In this document: piece after piece, positions 1 through 13,300 of the stretch
Numbering within the stretch: the stretch's first letter is position 1
How the letters are laid out: every line of letters starts with the position of its first letter
Assembly (NCBI GenBank): GCA_965113315.1
Contig: OZ220363.1
Length of the DNA: 64,000 bases
Reading direction: 5' to 3' (one strand)
Source: Podarcis vaucheri
Lineage: Eukaryota
Program-made: the position numbers and the translations under genes
Notes under the pieces: generated by a model
What the model was told of the DNA's origin: nothing
The model's input: only the letters and a program-made list of their open reading frames with translations
Databases searched by the model: none

Positions 1-1152
1 AATTGGGAGGTCAAAATTTTAAAAAGTTAGGTTACAAAAGGGTTTTGTTTAGTAGCTGAGGTCAAGTTTTTATAAAGCTAAAACTTTAACGTAAGTAAAG
101 GCAGGACCATTCTTGTTCAGTCTAAGCCTTGGAGCAATTTCAGCTATTTTAATTAGCTACCATTTTTTTGTTTTAGGTATGCAATCTAACCTGCCTATTA
201 AGGGTACTCATCACTTGTCAACATAATTGACTTTATCACCTTTTTGAAAGTTGAAAAAGGTAATCTCTAGAAAAGTACAAAACAGTGATTTGCTAAATAT
301 AATTATACAAAATATAACTTGTCAAAATTTACCTTCCTGCTGAATGGCAGTGTGCCAAGTATTGTAACATATATGTTTGCTAACTTTGTTTTGGCATGTG
401 CTAATTAAAAACAAGTGACACAGACTAACCTCCCCTGAGCTTAATAACTACTATGGACATTAGCAAAATATTTTAGATGGAATTTTAGATGGTGGGAATG
501 ATTAAAATAGTCTTATCATGTTACCTACAGCACTTTAGGTAAGATGTTCTATAACTTAGGAAATGCTCACCTTAGGTCATACTATTAGACTATAGTACTG
601 TGAATGCTGATGATTTAATAAATTAATAATGATGGGTTGTGACAGATTCTCAGCAGCTCTAGGGCAACCTGTCTAGACTATCTGCACTACAGACTGTCAT
701 ATTTGCAGATATACTGCATTCAATTCTCCTCAACCATAGCTTTCAAAGCTTGTTATGTTTAGGGGCTTCTAATGATAGTACCGATAATTTTAAAACTGTT
801 AAGTAGTCACATTTGTTGTTCTGTATTGTGTGTAATTCAGTATTATCTGTTTATAAAATCATGCTCTGAAAAAAGGCGTATAAATTAAAATAGATTTATT
901 GGAGATCCTGTACTTAATTCTCACATAATTTATTTAAACTGTGAGTAGATACAGCGGACTAACAGTGACTTGTTTTTCCTGCTCCTGCACCAATTATAGC
1001 ATTTAGTTTAGTCTCCTTATTTTCCCCCACTTCTAATATAGCTTCTAAATAGATTAAGAACCTCCATAATAATAATAAACTGAGCCAGTTGCATATTCGG
1101 AACTGGATTGCACACCTTCTGAAATAACAGGTTTGTAGTTTGTGGGTTACTT

Positions 1153-1521
1153 GGGATGCGGGTGGCACTGTGGGTAAAACCTCAGTGCCTAGGACTTGCC
1201 GATCTTATGGTCGGCGGTTTGAATCCCCGTGGTGGGGTGAGCTCCCGTCTTTTGGCCCCAGCTCCTGCCCACCTAGCAGTTCGAAAGCACCCCTAAGTGC
1301 AAGTAGATAAATAGGTACCGCTTTATAGTGGGAAGGTAAACGACGTTTCCGTGTGCTGCGCTGGTGCTGGCTCACCAGAGCAGCTTCGTCACGCTGGCCA
1401 CGTGACCCGGAAGTGTCTCCGGACAGCGCTGGCCCCCGGCCTCCTAAGTGACATGGGCGCACAACCCTAGAGTCGGACACAACTGACCCGTACGGGCAGG
1501 GGTACCTTTACCTTTACCTTT
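1153..1521 (+). mobile_element. Sauria SINE (tRNA-derived head, BovB-like tail)
   Basis: tRNA-like A/B boxes (gtggcactgtgg; ggtttgaatcc), (ACCTTT)n tail, imperfect TSD tagtttgtggg(g)tta. Confidence 0.9.
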
Positions 1522-1539
1522 TAGTTTGTGGGGTTATCC

Positions 1540-2040
1540 TGGATGTTACTCAAGTCTCTGATAGCCTCAGTGGCCAGGCCTGCCTTTTACTAGTTGGTTC
1601 TTGACCATAGTGATTAATGTACTGGTAACCTCAAAACTTAGTTATTGCAACCTGCTCTTGGTTTTTGCAATGTGAGACTACCCTTGGGCCTGGTCCAAAA
1701 GCTCCAGCTGCTGTGAAAGGCTGTGGTTAGACTGTTGGTGGGGATAGGCTTAAAAGCTTGCACTGGCTGTCCATGTTACCAGGTCAAGTTCTGGGTTCTT
1801 GTATTCTTTTACAATGCCGTTAACAACTTGGGTCTAGGATACCCTTAGGACTGCCTGATTCCTTGTAACCCTGCCCGACCACCAAAATCCTCTGTTATTG
1901 GTTCCCTGTGACTTAGCTACATGGCTGTGGGCTGTGCATTCAGTATTATGAGCCTAATTCTGTGGAACTTAAGGTGCTTGATGAGGCTCTTTCTATTTCT
2001 GTTGTCATTTTAAGAAAGTTTCCTGTTTTTATGAGTAATG
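1540..2040 (+). mobile_element. degenerate L2 LINE 3' fragment
   Basis: Eroded similarity to the C-terminal part of the L2 ORF at 7886-9121 (e.g. agttattgcaac, ttgcactggctg, ctgtggaac). Confidence 0.55.
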
Positions 2041-4589
2041 TCAACTGAATTTATCTACTACAGAATTTTTATAATTTCTAGGTACCATGCTTAAGCAGTG
2101 TATAAATAGCTGAAATAGAAAGGAATGTGTATTTGTCTAAACGGATACTTAACATCAGTTCTGTTGGTTCTGTTTTAAAATGCCCCATGCCCTTGGAGCT
2201 TCTTGTTATGTGATAGAGGGAAAATTCACATGAAAACCAGTTTTTAAAAACATTAAGGGACAAATGTGTAGCATGGAAGTTTCTTCCCAGCCAGTCAGAT
2301 CTATGGCAAGTATTAGAGAAGTGCTAACGTGCAGCCAGAACATGAGCATTGACTTCAGGAGACTGCTTCCTTTACCCTCGTAATAAGAAGTTGCCTCTGG
2401 GTGTGCATGTGCTGGGTATTAAGTCCTAATCCAAACCACAAGAAGGTGGAGCTATATGGCAAGTATCATGGGTTGCAGGAGTAACTGACATGGTGCCCCT
2501 GCCCATGTTGTAGGGCTTCAGTTGCCGTCATACTTGACCATGGTCCTGCTTCCTGGGGTTGATGGGAGTTGGAGTCTAACAGCATCTGGAGGATGCCACA
2601 TTGCGGATTTGTGGATCTAGAACTTTTTGCTCAAAAAAATGTATCAGCTTTCTGAGTTTGTGTTCCCATGCGGCTTGCTTTTTCACAAGGATATATTGTA
2701 TAAATAAGAACATGCTTCACTTTCTGATTGTTACTTATATTGTATGGTAGGAAAATGCAGGAGCTAATTTCTGTGGTGTCAAAATACCTGTAGCAAACAA
2801 TGGGATGGGGGGTGGGGGTGGGGGGAGAATGGTCCAGGCTGTGTAGGCTTTGAATAGTAACAGAAGTACTGAAGCTGGGAACAATGGCTGCTATCAGAAT
2901 AGCCCCATATGAGTGCACTTTAGATCTTTTGAATAAACAAAAGTTTAGTGACCTAGAAATGAATCAATAAAAAAAGCTATTCTCTATGTGACAAATTGAA
3001 TAACTGAAGGATTCTTAGAGAAGCATTGACTCTAACCATCCAAGATACATTGTTTGTGAAGGTTTTCTGAAACACATTAAATCCTTTGAGCACTGTAGCA
3101 GACAGTGAGGTGTTCTGTATTTAGGTTGCTCACTGTTTACTCTCAATGAAAGTTTAGCATTAGAGGAACCAAAACACTTATTTTCTTACAGCTCCTTGTT
3201 CTTTTGGAAAACTTGAAAACCTAACATTACAAATGTGAGCTATAAAATGCAGCCTGGCTCATTTAGTAACATAGCAAATGTTATTGCTTCAGTATTTGAG
3301 ACCAATTGCATGGTGTTTATCTAAACCTCAGCTGAAATATTTTTCTTTCAACTAATTGTTATTGATGATTATCAGTATCAAAATTATTGAGCTAATAGAA
3401 ACAAATAGCTCTATCTTAACTAATAAAAAAAATTGCAGCCATGTCCCATTACTAATCAGAGTATCATTTCATGTTGAAATGCTGGAATCAGATTTTTTTT
3501 CTACAACAAACACTGATTATTTAATTTGTGCATTCTTATTCAGACTTTCCTTGAAGCTCAGGACAGTGTACAGCACAACAACCCTGTGAGGTATCTTAGG
3601 CCAATAGATCATGACTGACCCAAGATCACACAGTGGGGTTACTGGTTGAGTGGGGAATTAATTATACACAAAATTAATGGGCAGGTTTCTTAACACCTGT
3701 CTGTTCCATCTGTGCTGGATTAGTTTCAATTGTTGTGTCCTGAGGATGTGGGCAGGCAGCTTGAGGAAGTGTGGCCAACCACCTGCACATTTCTTAAGAG
3801 CTAACTGTAGGGGGTGGATCCAGGGAGTGATCAATGCTGCACTGGAGCAGGTGGTACCGTCCACCTACAAGGAGATGGTGTGTCCCCTCCTTGGATCAAG
3901 AACTGTTCAACAGCTATTGTTCAGTGGTGAACATCAGCTTTTGGGGCAAGAGAGGGTGTGGTGGTCCAGCTTCAGGCATGCTTGGAGGAAACTCATTATC
4001 TGGAGCCATTCCAGACTGGCTTCAGACCCAGTCATGGCCCTGAAACTGCTTTGGTCACTCTGGTTGATGACATTTATATGAAGCTGAATCAGGAGAACTG
4101 GAGTGCATATTATATTCAGCTCTTTCTCTTTGTTCTACATAAATCAGGAGAGGTGGTTGATGTATAAGATGAGTGCTTGGAGGCCATGATGAGCTGGATA
4201 AAGGCCAATGAATTAAAGCTGGCTCCTGAAAATACAGACATGTTTTGTATCCAAGTTCTCAAGTCCTAGAAGTGAGGAGACTGCATGTTCTTAGATTCCT
4301 CTGGAAGGAACAGTTTCATAGCTTGTATGGGCTCAGTGGAGGCTCAGGTGGCTGCAGTGGTTAAGAGTGCCTTTTCGCACCTATGGCTGGTTTACTAGCT
4401 ACAACTCCTTTTAGACAGAGACAACTGATTACTGCACTCCATGCTCTGGTAACTACCAGATTGGATTATTGCAATGTGCATGGAGTTGCCCCAGATTTCT
4501 AGCTGGGGTTTCATTTTAAAACAGGTGCATTACCAGTTTGTTTCTGGGCCCTATTCAAAGTGTTCACTTTAGTGTTTAAAGCCCTAAGT

Positions 4590-4834
4590 CATGGGTATGC
4601 AAACTAAGGCCTGGGGGCCGGATCCAGCCCAATCACCTTCTAAGTCCGGCCCATGGACGGTCCAGGAATCAGCATGTTTTTAAATGAGTAGAATGTGTCC
4701 TTTTATTTAAAATGCAGCTCTGGGTTATTTGTGGGGCATAGGAATTCGTTCTCCCCCCCCAAAAAAAATAGCCCCCCCCCAAGGACTGAGGAACAGTGGA
4801 CCAGCCCCTTGCTTTAAAAGTTTGCTGACCCCTG
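4590..4834. mobile_element. non-autonomous hAT (Charlie/MER58-like) DNA transposon
   Basis: TIRs catgggtatgcaaact / agtttgctgacccctg; perfect 8-bp TSD ccctaagt at 4582-4589 and 4835-4842. Confidence 0.85.
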
Positions 4835-4940
4835 CCCTAAGTGATTGCTTCTTTTTCTATAGAACCTCTTGGGACTGGTGTTAAGATCAACAGAGAGAAC
4901 CCTCATGGTAGTTTCACTGCTCTCTCAGGTTTTGGTAGCC

Positions 4941-5135
4941 AGCCAGCATGGTGTAGTGGTTAGAGTATTAGACTAGGGCCTGGGAGAGACCAGGTTTCAA
5001 GTCCCCACTCAGCCATGAAGCTCACTGGGTGACCCTGGGCCAGCCACTGTTCTTAGAGGAGAACCAGGTATGACAACTCCAATTCGTTAGGGGAAAAGGT
5101 AGGATAAAAACGCAATAAATTAATTAATAAAAATA
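4941..5135 (+). mobile_element. tRNA-derived MIR/Squam3-like SINE
   Basis: A box tggtgtagtggttagag, B-box-like ggtttcaagtcc, core ctcagccatgaagctcactgggtgacc, A/T-rich tail. Confidence 0.7.
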
Positions 5136-7209
5136 GTAATGACCTAGATGAGGACATTCTCTGTGACAGCCTCTAAGTTGTGGGATTCCCTCCCCACAAC
5201 TTAGGTGCATCTGGCACTTTCATTTTACGGTTTTTGTTGCATGCTAATTTGTTTTAAACTGTTTTTAATGCTAGCGGTGCAGCAATAAAACTGCTAGCAC
5301 ATTTGCAAAGCTAGGCAGGGCCCAGTATGGTTTTAAATTGGATTGGGGACCATATGTTGAGATTCCTGCATTGCAATAGGGTTGAACTAGATGGTCCTTG
5401 GAGTCCCTTCCAACTCTGCAGTTCTATGTTGTATTTTAAATTGGTATAACCTACCTTGGGCTCTTATGGTGAAGAGTAGGTAATGAATCACAGTATTATT
5501 ATTATTCATAACAATAAATATCATTGTTAATACTCATGGTAGTTGAAGGGAACCTGTTGTATAATAGGCTACATTCCAGCCATGCAAACGCGCATCCATC
5601 CAGGCAAGTAACATACATTATCATCATTCAGGAAACAGGAAAAATAATTGAGCAGGGCCAGAAAAGGCTAGCCTGGGGAGGGGTGTTACCTGAGCCAGTG
5701 GCGGAGCTTCATGCTCCGGCCCTTGGGGGGCGTGGCGTGGTGTGTCTGAGGTTCTCTGCCCCTGTTCTAAATAGACATCCACAGGATTGTACTATACTAG
5801 TTCCTTAATTAAACTAAACATTTGACTTATTTTTTGTGGCTACATGATGCCAGCAATATACTCTGCATTTTGAAAAATTAAGATAGGTTCGTCTTTTTTA
5901 AAGAGAAAGTTTAAAATCCTTACTGCAGTCTAGAAGTAAGAACTCTAAACAAAAACAAAATTAAGGCATGTGAGTAATCATCAAATATCATTGTAATAAT
6001 TTCAGTAAAATCAGGCCTTCAGTTCTAAAATCCATTTAATTTATTACCACATCCAAAAGTTTTGTTGTACTGGTAAAATTTGGCTAAAGTGGAACATCCA
6101 TTACTATGGTGGTACTTCAGGTCACAGCTGGTATCTAATCCATTTCTCTTACTTCTAAAGTAGCCTAAAGTTGCCTGCAGCCTACATGTCTGAACCCTAA
6201 GCAAAGCACCAAAATATAAATGTTGGTTCAGATCCCCTTATGTCAGATTTTAATATTTAATATCTCTTACAGTTGAATTCTTAAGTTGAAGTCCCCATGC
6301 ACCTTTAAAGATGCAGAAGGATTCTTTCTCTTTGTAGATAAAGAAATTTCTAACAATCTGAATTGATACAAATGACAATGTTTAGGGAAGCCACTACTTC
6401 AGAATTTAGAATGCTGAGGTCTAAAGGTGATTATAGGTCAGCTTTCAGCATGACAGCAAGAGTACATGGTGTCACCTTTGACTAGTTTAGGAAGGCTTTT
6501 ACATGATCCCATACTCCTTGAAGCAACACAGCAGACTATTTTTATTTAGGTTTTCCCCTATTATATTTATAGCAGATCCTATGATTCACAGATATATGGA
6601 TATATGTATAGTTTATTCAACAGAATGCTTAAGGATCCTGATAAGAGCTCAGTACTGTTATGATGGCTAAGATTTCACATTTATTTCTCTACAGAAATAA
6701 ACAAATCAAATATTTTTCTTTGTAATAACATAGCAAATTCTGGAAATTTCTGAAGCCAATGAAGATTGCAGCAGGAGTAACATTCCTTCTTAACCACTAA
6801 AAGCCACAACTGGTTAAACAGTAATTACATATCTCTAATAATGTTCTAAAGAGCTTCTTTAATAGCAATGGAAGTTGTGAAAATGGCATCCTGCTAATGG
6901 TTATGCACAATGTGGTGGTGGTGGAGCTGCTGCTGTCAAGTCTCTCGTATTTTCAGAGATGTGCCTTTTCTAGACTGGCCTAAAAGAAAGGCTTATAACA
7001 CATGATTCTCTAAGATTGGATCTATCCATCTGCTTGGGCTATCTTTTGGGGCCCCTGCAGACCTGTGAATACATATGGAGCAGTATAAGCCCAATGGTAG
7101 AGGCACTGACAGTGCATAGTTGTGGGCTCTTTTGCCATATCTATGTTTCTTCCACACCACCAAATGTGGCTTGTCATGCTAATAATGTGTGTGCTTTGTT
7201 TTTTCACAG

Positions 7210-7331
7210 AGGAAGATGTATACGGTATTTATTCCAATCTGTTGTTCAAGCATTTCCTTTCAGAGGGAATAGTCTGTGGACATCATTTATTTGTTGCTTC
7301 AGATAAAGAGGAGCCTGCTGATATAGTAAAG
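7210..7331 (+). CDS. ELP4: ELP4 coding exon (equivalent to human exon 3), 122 nt
   Basis: ttttcacag| acceptor and |gtaaaa donor; encodes [41 protein letters not shown], matching recalled human ELP4 [41 protein letters not shown]; phase 1 in, phase 0 out. Confidence 0.96.
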
Positions 7332-7885
7332 GTAAAAAACAACAACATCCATGTAATTATTGCTTAATATCTTCTAAGCTAGATGGTGCTAAAAGCAATC
7401 CTAAAGCCGACAGACATTCCCATGCCCTGTATGAGAACTCTGTTAGTAAAGGACTTGTGTGTTACCATAACCAACCATGCCTTGCCTACTCCCTCCATGT
7501 AAAAAGTAGTGTATGGGTCAGGAGAGTATAGCGTTATTAATTACCTAAAATCTTCCTTAATACGTTACCTGTACCTTGATTAAATTCAGTAATTATAGTG
7601 ATTCAGAGAAACTAGGGGTGGAGATTGTGTTGGGAAAATGGGGCAAAGAAAAGAAGTAAAATGACATCACATCTTGAGTTTGAAGTGCTTGTACTTCTCA
7701 TACTAGGTACCAATGAGATTGACCAAACAGGAGCCTGAATGCCATTTTTTATGAAGCATGGGTTGGTGGCACACACAGAGTAGTGTGCACCAGTGTTATG
7801 AATTAGTTTGCCATTTTATATTGTTGTGTTGATTTGTGGGGCCTAGCTTTAGAAATAACTGAAACTAACCATATATAAATACCAT

Positions 7886-9212
7886 TTGGATCCCTTCCAG
7901 TCGGGATTCAGGCCTCATCATGGGACTGAAACTGCCTTGGTCGCACTGGTTGATGATCTCCGGCGGGCTAGGGACAAAGGTGAGAGCTGTTTCCTAGTTC
8001 TGCTGGATCTCTCAGCGGCGTTTGATACCATCGACCATAGCATCCTTCTGGACCATCTTGAGGGGCTGGGAGCTGGGGGCACTGTTATACAGTGGTTCCG
8101 CTCCTTCCTCCTGGGCCGTGTTCAGAAAGTGGTGGTGGGGGATGAGTGTTCAGACCCCTGGGCTCTCACTTGTGGGGTGCCTCAGGGTTCTGTCCTCTCC
8201 CCCATGCTTTTCAACATCTACATGCGGCCGCTGGGAGAGATCATCAGGAGGTTTGGGCTGGGTGTTCATCAGTATGCGGATGATACCCAGCTCTACCTCT
8301 CTTTTAAATCAGAACCAGTGAAGGCGGTGAAGGTCCTGTGTGAGTGTCTGGAGGTGGTTGGAGGATGGATGGCGGCTAACAGATTGAGGTTGAATCCTGA
8401 CAAGACAGAAGTACTGTTTTGGGGGGACAGGAGGCGGGCAGGTGTGGAGGATTCCCTGGTCCTGAATGGGGTAACTGTGCCCCTGAAGGACCAGGTGCGC
8501 AGCCTGGGAGTCATTTTGGACTCACAGCTGTCCATGGAGGCACAGGTCAAATCTGTGTCCAGGGCAGCTGTTTACCAGCTCCATCTGGTACGTAGGCTGA
8601 GACCCTATCTGCCTGCGGACTGTCTCGCCAGAGTGGTGCATGCTCTGGTTATCTCCCGCTTGGACTACTGCAATGCACTCTACGTGGGGCTACCTTTGAA
8701 GGTGACTCGGAAACTACAACTAATCCAGAATGCGGCAGATAGACTGGTGACTGGGAGCGGCCGCCGAGACCATATAACACCGGTCTTGAAAGACCTGCAT
8801 TGGCTCCCAGTACGTTTCCGAGCACAATTCAAAGTGTTGGTGCTGACCTTTAAAGCCCTAAACGGCCTTGGTCCAGTATACCTGAAGGAGCGTCTCCACC
8901 CCCATCAGTCTGCCCGGACGCTGAGGTCCAGCGCCGAGGGCCTTCTGGCGGTTCCCTCATTGCGAGAAGCAAAGCTACAGGGAACCAGGCAGAGGGCCTT
9001 CTCGGTAGCGGCGCCCACCCTGTGGAACGCCCTTCCAGCAGATGTCAAAGCGATAAACAACTACCTGACATTCAGGAGACATCTTAAGGCAGCCCTGTTC
9101 AGGGAAGTTTTTAACGTGTGATATTTTATTGTATTTTTGGTTTTTATGGAAGCCACCCAGAGTGGCTGGGGAGGCCCAGCCAGATGGGCGGGGTATAAAT
9201 AATAAATAATAA

Positions 9213-9256
<44 letters not shown>
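7886..9256 (+). mobile_element. young 5'-truncated L2 LINE with an uninterrupted 411-codon RT/C-terminal ORF (7886-9121)
   Basis: Motifs QSGFR, LLDLSAAFDT, GVPQGSVLSP, YADD, LNPDKTE, RLDYCN, LHWLP; short 3' UTR and (TAA/TTA)n tail. Confidence 0.95.
9195..9256. repeat. (TAA)/(TTA)n microsatellite forming the L2 tail
   Basis: Direct read. Confidence 0.9.
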
Positions 9257-9259
<3 letters not shown>

Positions 9260-9523
9260 AAAACTTCAGTTACCAGAAGTTGAAAATATCAAATACACTT
9301 AATATCAACACATTATATCAATACTCCACAATAATACTTATTTTAAACGTCTTTTAAAAATAATAGTATTATGTAGCAAACTATGAAAAGTAGCTTTTGT
9401 ACTCGTTGTTCTTCCTGGCCTTTATCACCTGAGCCTTAGGATTTGGATATTCATTGATTTCTGTTGGCCCCACAACCTACCTTAAAGAGGTAGGGGCAGC
9501 AGCACAGACAACACTGGGGAGTA

Positions 9524-9937
9524 TTGTTGTTGTTGTTTAGTCGTTTAGTCGTGTCCAACTCTTCGTGACCCCATGCACCAGAGCACGCCAGGCACTTCTG
9601 TCTTCCACTGTCTCCCACAGTTTGATCAGATTCATGTTTGTAGCTTCGAGAACACTGTCCAACCATCTCATCCTCTGTCGTCCCCTTCTTCTTGTGTCCT
9701 CAATCTTTCCCAGCATCAGGGTCTTTTCCAGGGAGTCTTCTCTTCTCATGAGGTGGCCAAAGTATTGGAGCCTCAGCTTCACGATCTGTCCTTCCAGTGA
9801 GCACTCAGGGCTAATTTCCTTAAGAATGGATGCGTTTGATCTTCTTGCAGTCCATGGGACTCTCAAGAGTCTCCTCCAGCACCATAATTCAAAAGCATAA
9901 ATTCTTCGGCGATCAGCCTTCTTGATGGTCCAGCTCT
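9524..9937 (-). mobile_element. BovB (RTE clade) LINE 3' end
   Basis: ORF 9537-9866 (RVPWTARRSN...YFGHLMRR...SLEKTLMLGK...RGRQRMRW); (CAA)n tail; 12-bp TSD cactggggagta at 9512-9523 and 9938-9949. Confidence 0.93.
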
Positions 9938-10322
9938 CACTGGGGAGTACTTCTGGCTAAAAGATAACGTGGCAGCTAGCTGTGCAGTGGACACAAGTCT
10001 CAAAGAGGCCATAGAATAATGAGTCAGTAGATAGATTAGCAAAGCAGAGAAAAGGCTGGAGGAGACTGAGTAAGGAAGCAAGAGGTGAAGGCTTCGAAAA
10101 AGGGAACAAAGAGGAAGAGAAAGTGGAAAAATGAGAAAGAAGAGAATATAGAGGATCAGAGCTGGGAAGCTTTACCTCAATGGAGATTGAGACTAGCAGC
10201 TAGGAGAAAAATAGGGGAAGGTCTGGATCTAACAACCCCAGCGCCGCATCCAGAAAGTCTGAGAGGCAGGTCCCAGCTGTGATCTTTCGTTGTTTGAGGT
10301 AAAGGATAAGATGGTGCCCTAG

Positions 10323-13300
10323 TAGAATCATAGAATCATAGAGTTGGAATAGACCACAAGGGCCATCGAGTCCAACCCCCTGCCAAGCAGAAAACACCAT
10401 CAGAGCACTCCTGACATATGGTTGTCAAGCCTCTGCTTAAAGACCTCCAAAGTAGGAGACTCCACCACACTCCTTGGCAGCAAATTCCACTGTCAAACAG
10501 CTCTTACTGTCAGGAAGTTCTTCCTAATGTTTAGGTGGAATCTTCTTTCTTGTAGTTTGGATCCATTGCTCCGTGTCCACTTCTCTGGAGCAGCAGAAAA
10601 CAACCTTTCTCCCTCCTCTATATGACATCCTTTTATATATTTGAACATGGCTATCATATCACCCCTTAACCTCCTCTTCTCCAGGCTAGACATGCCCAGC
10701 TCCCTTAGCCGTTCCTCATAAGGCATCGTTTCCAGGCCTTTGACCATTTTGGTTGCCCTCCTCTGGACACGTTCCAGTTTGTCAGTGTCCTTCTTGAACT
10801 GTGGTGCCTAGAACTGGACACAGTACTCCAGGTGAGGTCTGACCAGAGCAGAATACAGTGGCACTATTACTTCTAGATGCTATACTCCTATTGATGCAGC
10901 CCAGAATTGCATTGGCTTTTTTAGCTGCCACGTCACACTGTTGGCTCATGTCAAGTTTGTGGTCAACCAAGACTCCTAGATCCTTTTCACATGTACTGCT
11001 CTCAAGCCAGGTGTCACCCATCTTGTATTTGTGCCTCTCATTTTTTTTGCCCAAGTGCAATACTTTACATTTCTCCCTGTTAAACTTCATCTTGTTTGTT
11101 TTGGCCCAGTTCTCTAATCTGTCAAGGTCGTTTTGAAGTGTGATCCTGTCCTCTGGGGTGTTAGCCACCCCTCCCAGTTTGGTGTCATCTGCAAATTTGA
11201 TCAGGATGCCCTTGAGTCCATCATCCAAGTCGTTGATAAAGATGTTGAATAAGACCGGGCCCAAGACAGAACCCTGTGACACCCCACTAGTCACTCTCCT
11301 CCAGCATGAAGAGGAACCATTGATGAGCACCCTTTGGGTTCGGTCAGTCAGCCAGTTACAAATCCACTGAGTGGTAGCATAGTCAAGACCGCATTTTACC
11401 AGCTTCTTTACAAGAATATCATGGGGCACCTTGTCGAATGCCTTGCTGAAATCAAGGTAGGCTACATCCACTGCGTTCCCTTCATCTACCAGGCTTGTAA
11501 TTCTGTCAAAAAACGAGATCAGGTTAGTCTGACATGACTTATTTTTCAGAAATCCATGCTGACTATTGGTGATCACAGCATTCCTTTCTAGGTGCTCACA
11601 GACTGTTTGCTTAATGATCTGCTCCAGAATCTTCCCTGGTATTGATGTCAGACTGACTGGGCAATAATTATTTGGGTCCTCTCTTTTCCCCTTTTTGAAA
11701 ATAGGGACAACATTTGCCCTCCTCCAGTCTGCCGGAACTTCGCCTGTTCTCCAGGAATGCTCAAAGATGACTGCCAGTGGTTCTGAGATCACATCTGCCA
11801 GTTCTTTTAATACTCTTGGATGCAGTTCATCTGGCCCTGGAGACTTGAATACATCTAAACTAGCCAAGTATTCTTGTACTATCTCCTTAGTTATTCTGGG
11901 CTGTGTTTCCTCTGCTGAATCTTTTGCTCCAAATTCTTCAGGTCGGGCATTGTTTTCTTTATCGGAGAAGACTGAGGCAAAGAAGGCATTCAGCCCTTTC
12001 TGTGTCCCCTGTTTGCATGTCACCATCTTCTCCTCTGAGTGACCCCACTGTTTCTTTGTTCTTCCTTTTGCTACGGACATACCCATAAAAGCCTTTTTTG
12101 TTGCTTTTAACCTCTCTAGCAAGCCTGAGTTCATTCTGTGCTTTAGCTTTTCTGACTTTGTGTCTACATGTGCTGGCTATTTGTTTGAATTCCTCTTTGG
12201 TGGTTTCCCCCCTTTTCCATTTTTTGTACACATCCTTTTTAATCTTAACTCAGTTAAAAGTTCTTTAGATAGCCACCCTGGCTTCTTTAGGCACCTTCCA
12301 TGTTTCCGTCTCATTGGTATTGCCTGACGTTGTGCTTTTACTATCTCCCTCTTAACAAACTCCCAGCCATCATGAACTCCCTTTCCTTTTAGTATTACTG
12401 TCCATGAGATCTCACCCAGCACTTCCCTAAGTTTTATGAAGTCAGCTTTCTTAAAGTCAAGAAATTGAGTACTAGTATGCTTGGCTGCTCCTTTCCGCTG
12501 TATAGTAAACTTCAGAAGAGCATGATCACTCGCGCCTAATGATCCTTCCACTTCTCCCCCACTAACCAGGTCATCAACATTGGTTAGGACCAGATCTAAA
12601 ATGGCTGTTCCTCTTGTTGCTTCTCCCACTTTCTGGACAATGAAGTTGTCTGCAAGGCCAGTGAGGAATCTGTTTGACCTTATGCTCTTGGCTGAGTTTG
12701 ACATCCAACAAATATCCGGGTAATTGAAGTCCCCCATTACTACTATCTCCCTTCCTTTTGCATGCTTGGCCATCTGTTCCAGGAAGGCATCATCTATGTC
12801 CTCCGTTTGGCTTGGGGATCTATAGTAAACTCCCACAATGAGGTCTCTGTTATTCTTCTCTCCCTTAATTTTGACCCAAATGCTCTCACTTTGGCTTTGA
12901 GGTTCTAAATCTTGGATCTCTTCACAGGTATACACATCCCTGACATATAACGCCACTCTTCCTCCTTTCTTGTCTGGTCTGTTTCTGTGAAATAGATTGT
13001 ATCCCTCCATTATTACATTCCAATCGTGGGACTTATCCCACCAGGTTTCAGTGATGCCTATTATGTCATATTTGGTTTACTGTACCAAGAGCTCAAGCTC
13101 ATCTTGTTTATTTCCCATGCTTTGTGCATTAGTGTACAGACATTGAAGTCCATTAATCATTCCCCCGTGTCTCTTATTTAAAGATTTTTTCCTCCCACCA
13201 CTAGGTCTGCGTGCTGTTTGCTCCATTTGGTCTATGGCATTTGGATGATCATCTTCATCAATTGATAGACTCCTACCTTCAGGAGCACTGTCTCCCTCCC

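Larger units (their letters stand above)
3690..5260 (+). mobile_element. degenerate L2 LINE interrupted by a hAT MITE and a SINE
   Basis: Encodes YLEPFQTGFRPSHGPETALVTLVDD (3958-4167), then LVTTRLDYCN and FKVFTLVFKAL-like remnants, with stops and frameshifts. Confidence 0.8.

Noticed and set aside
1-7209. Search for ELP4 exon 2 (GGLAVGT-like, about 36 nt)
   Set aside because: No matching AG/GT-bounded sequence found; presumably upstream of the window
10858-12088. Plus-strand ORFs of 61-115 aa
   Set aside because: Antisense shadows of the CR1 ORF2
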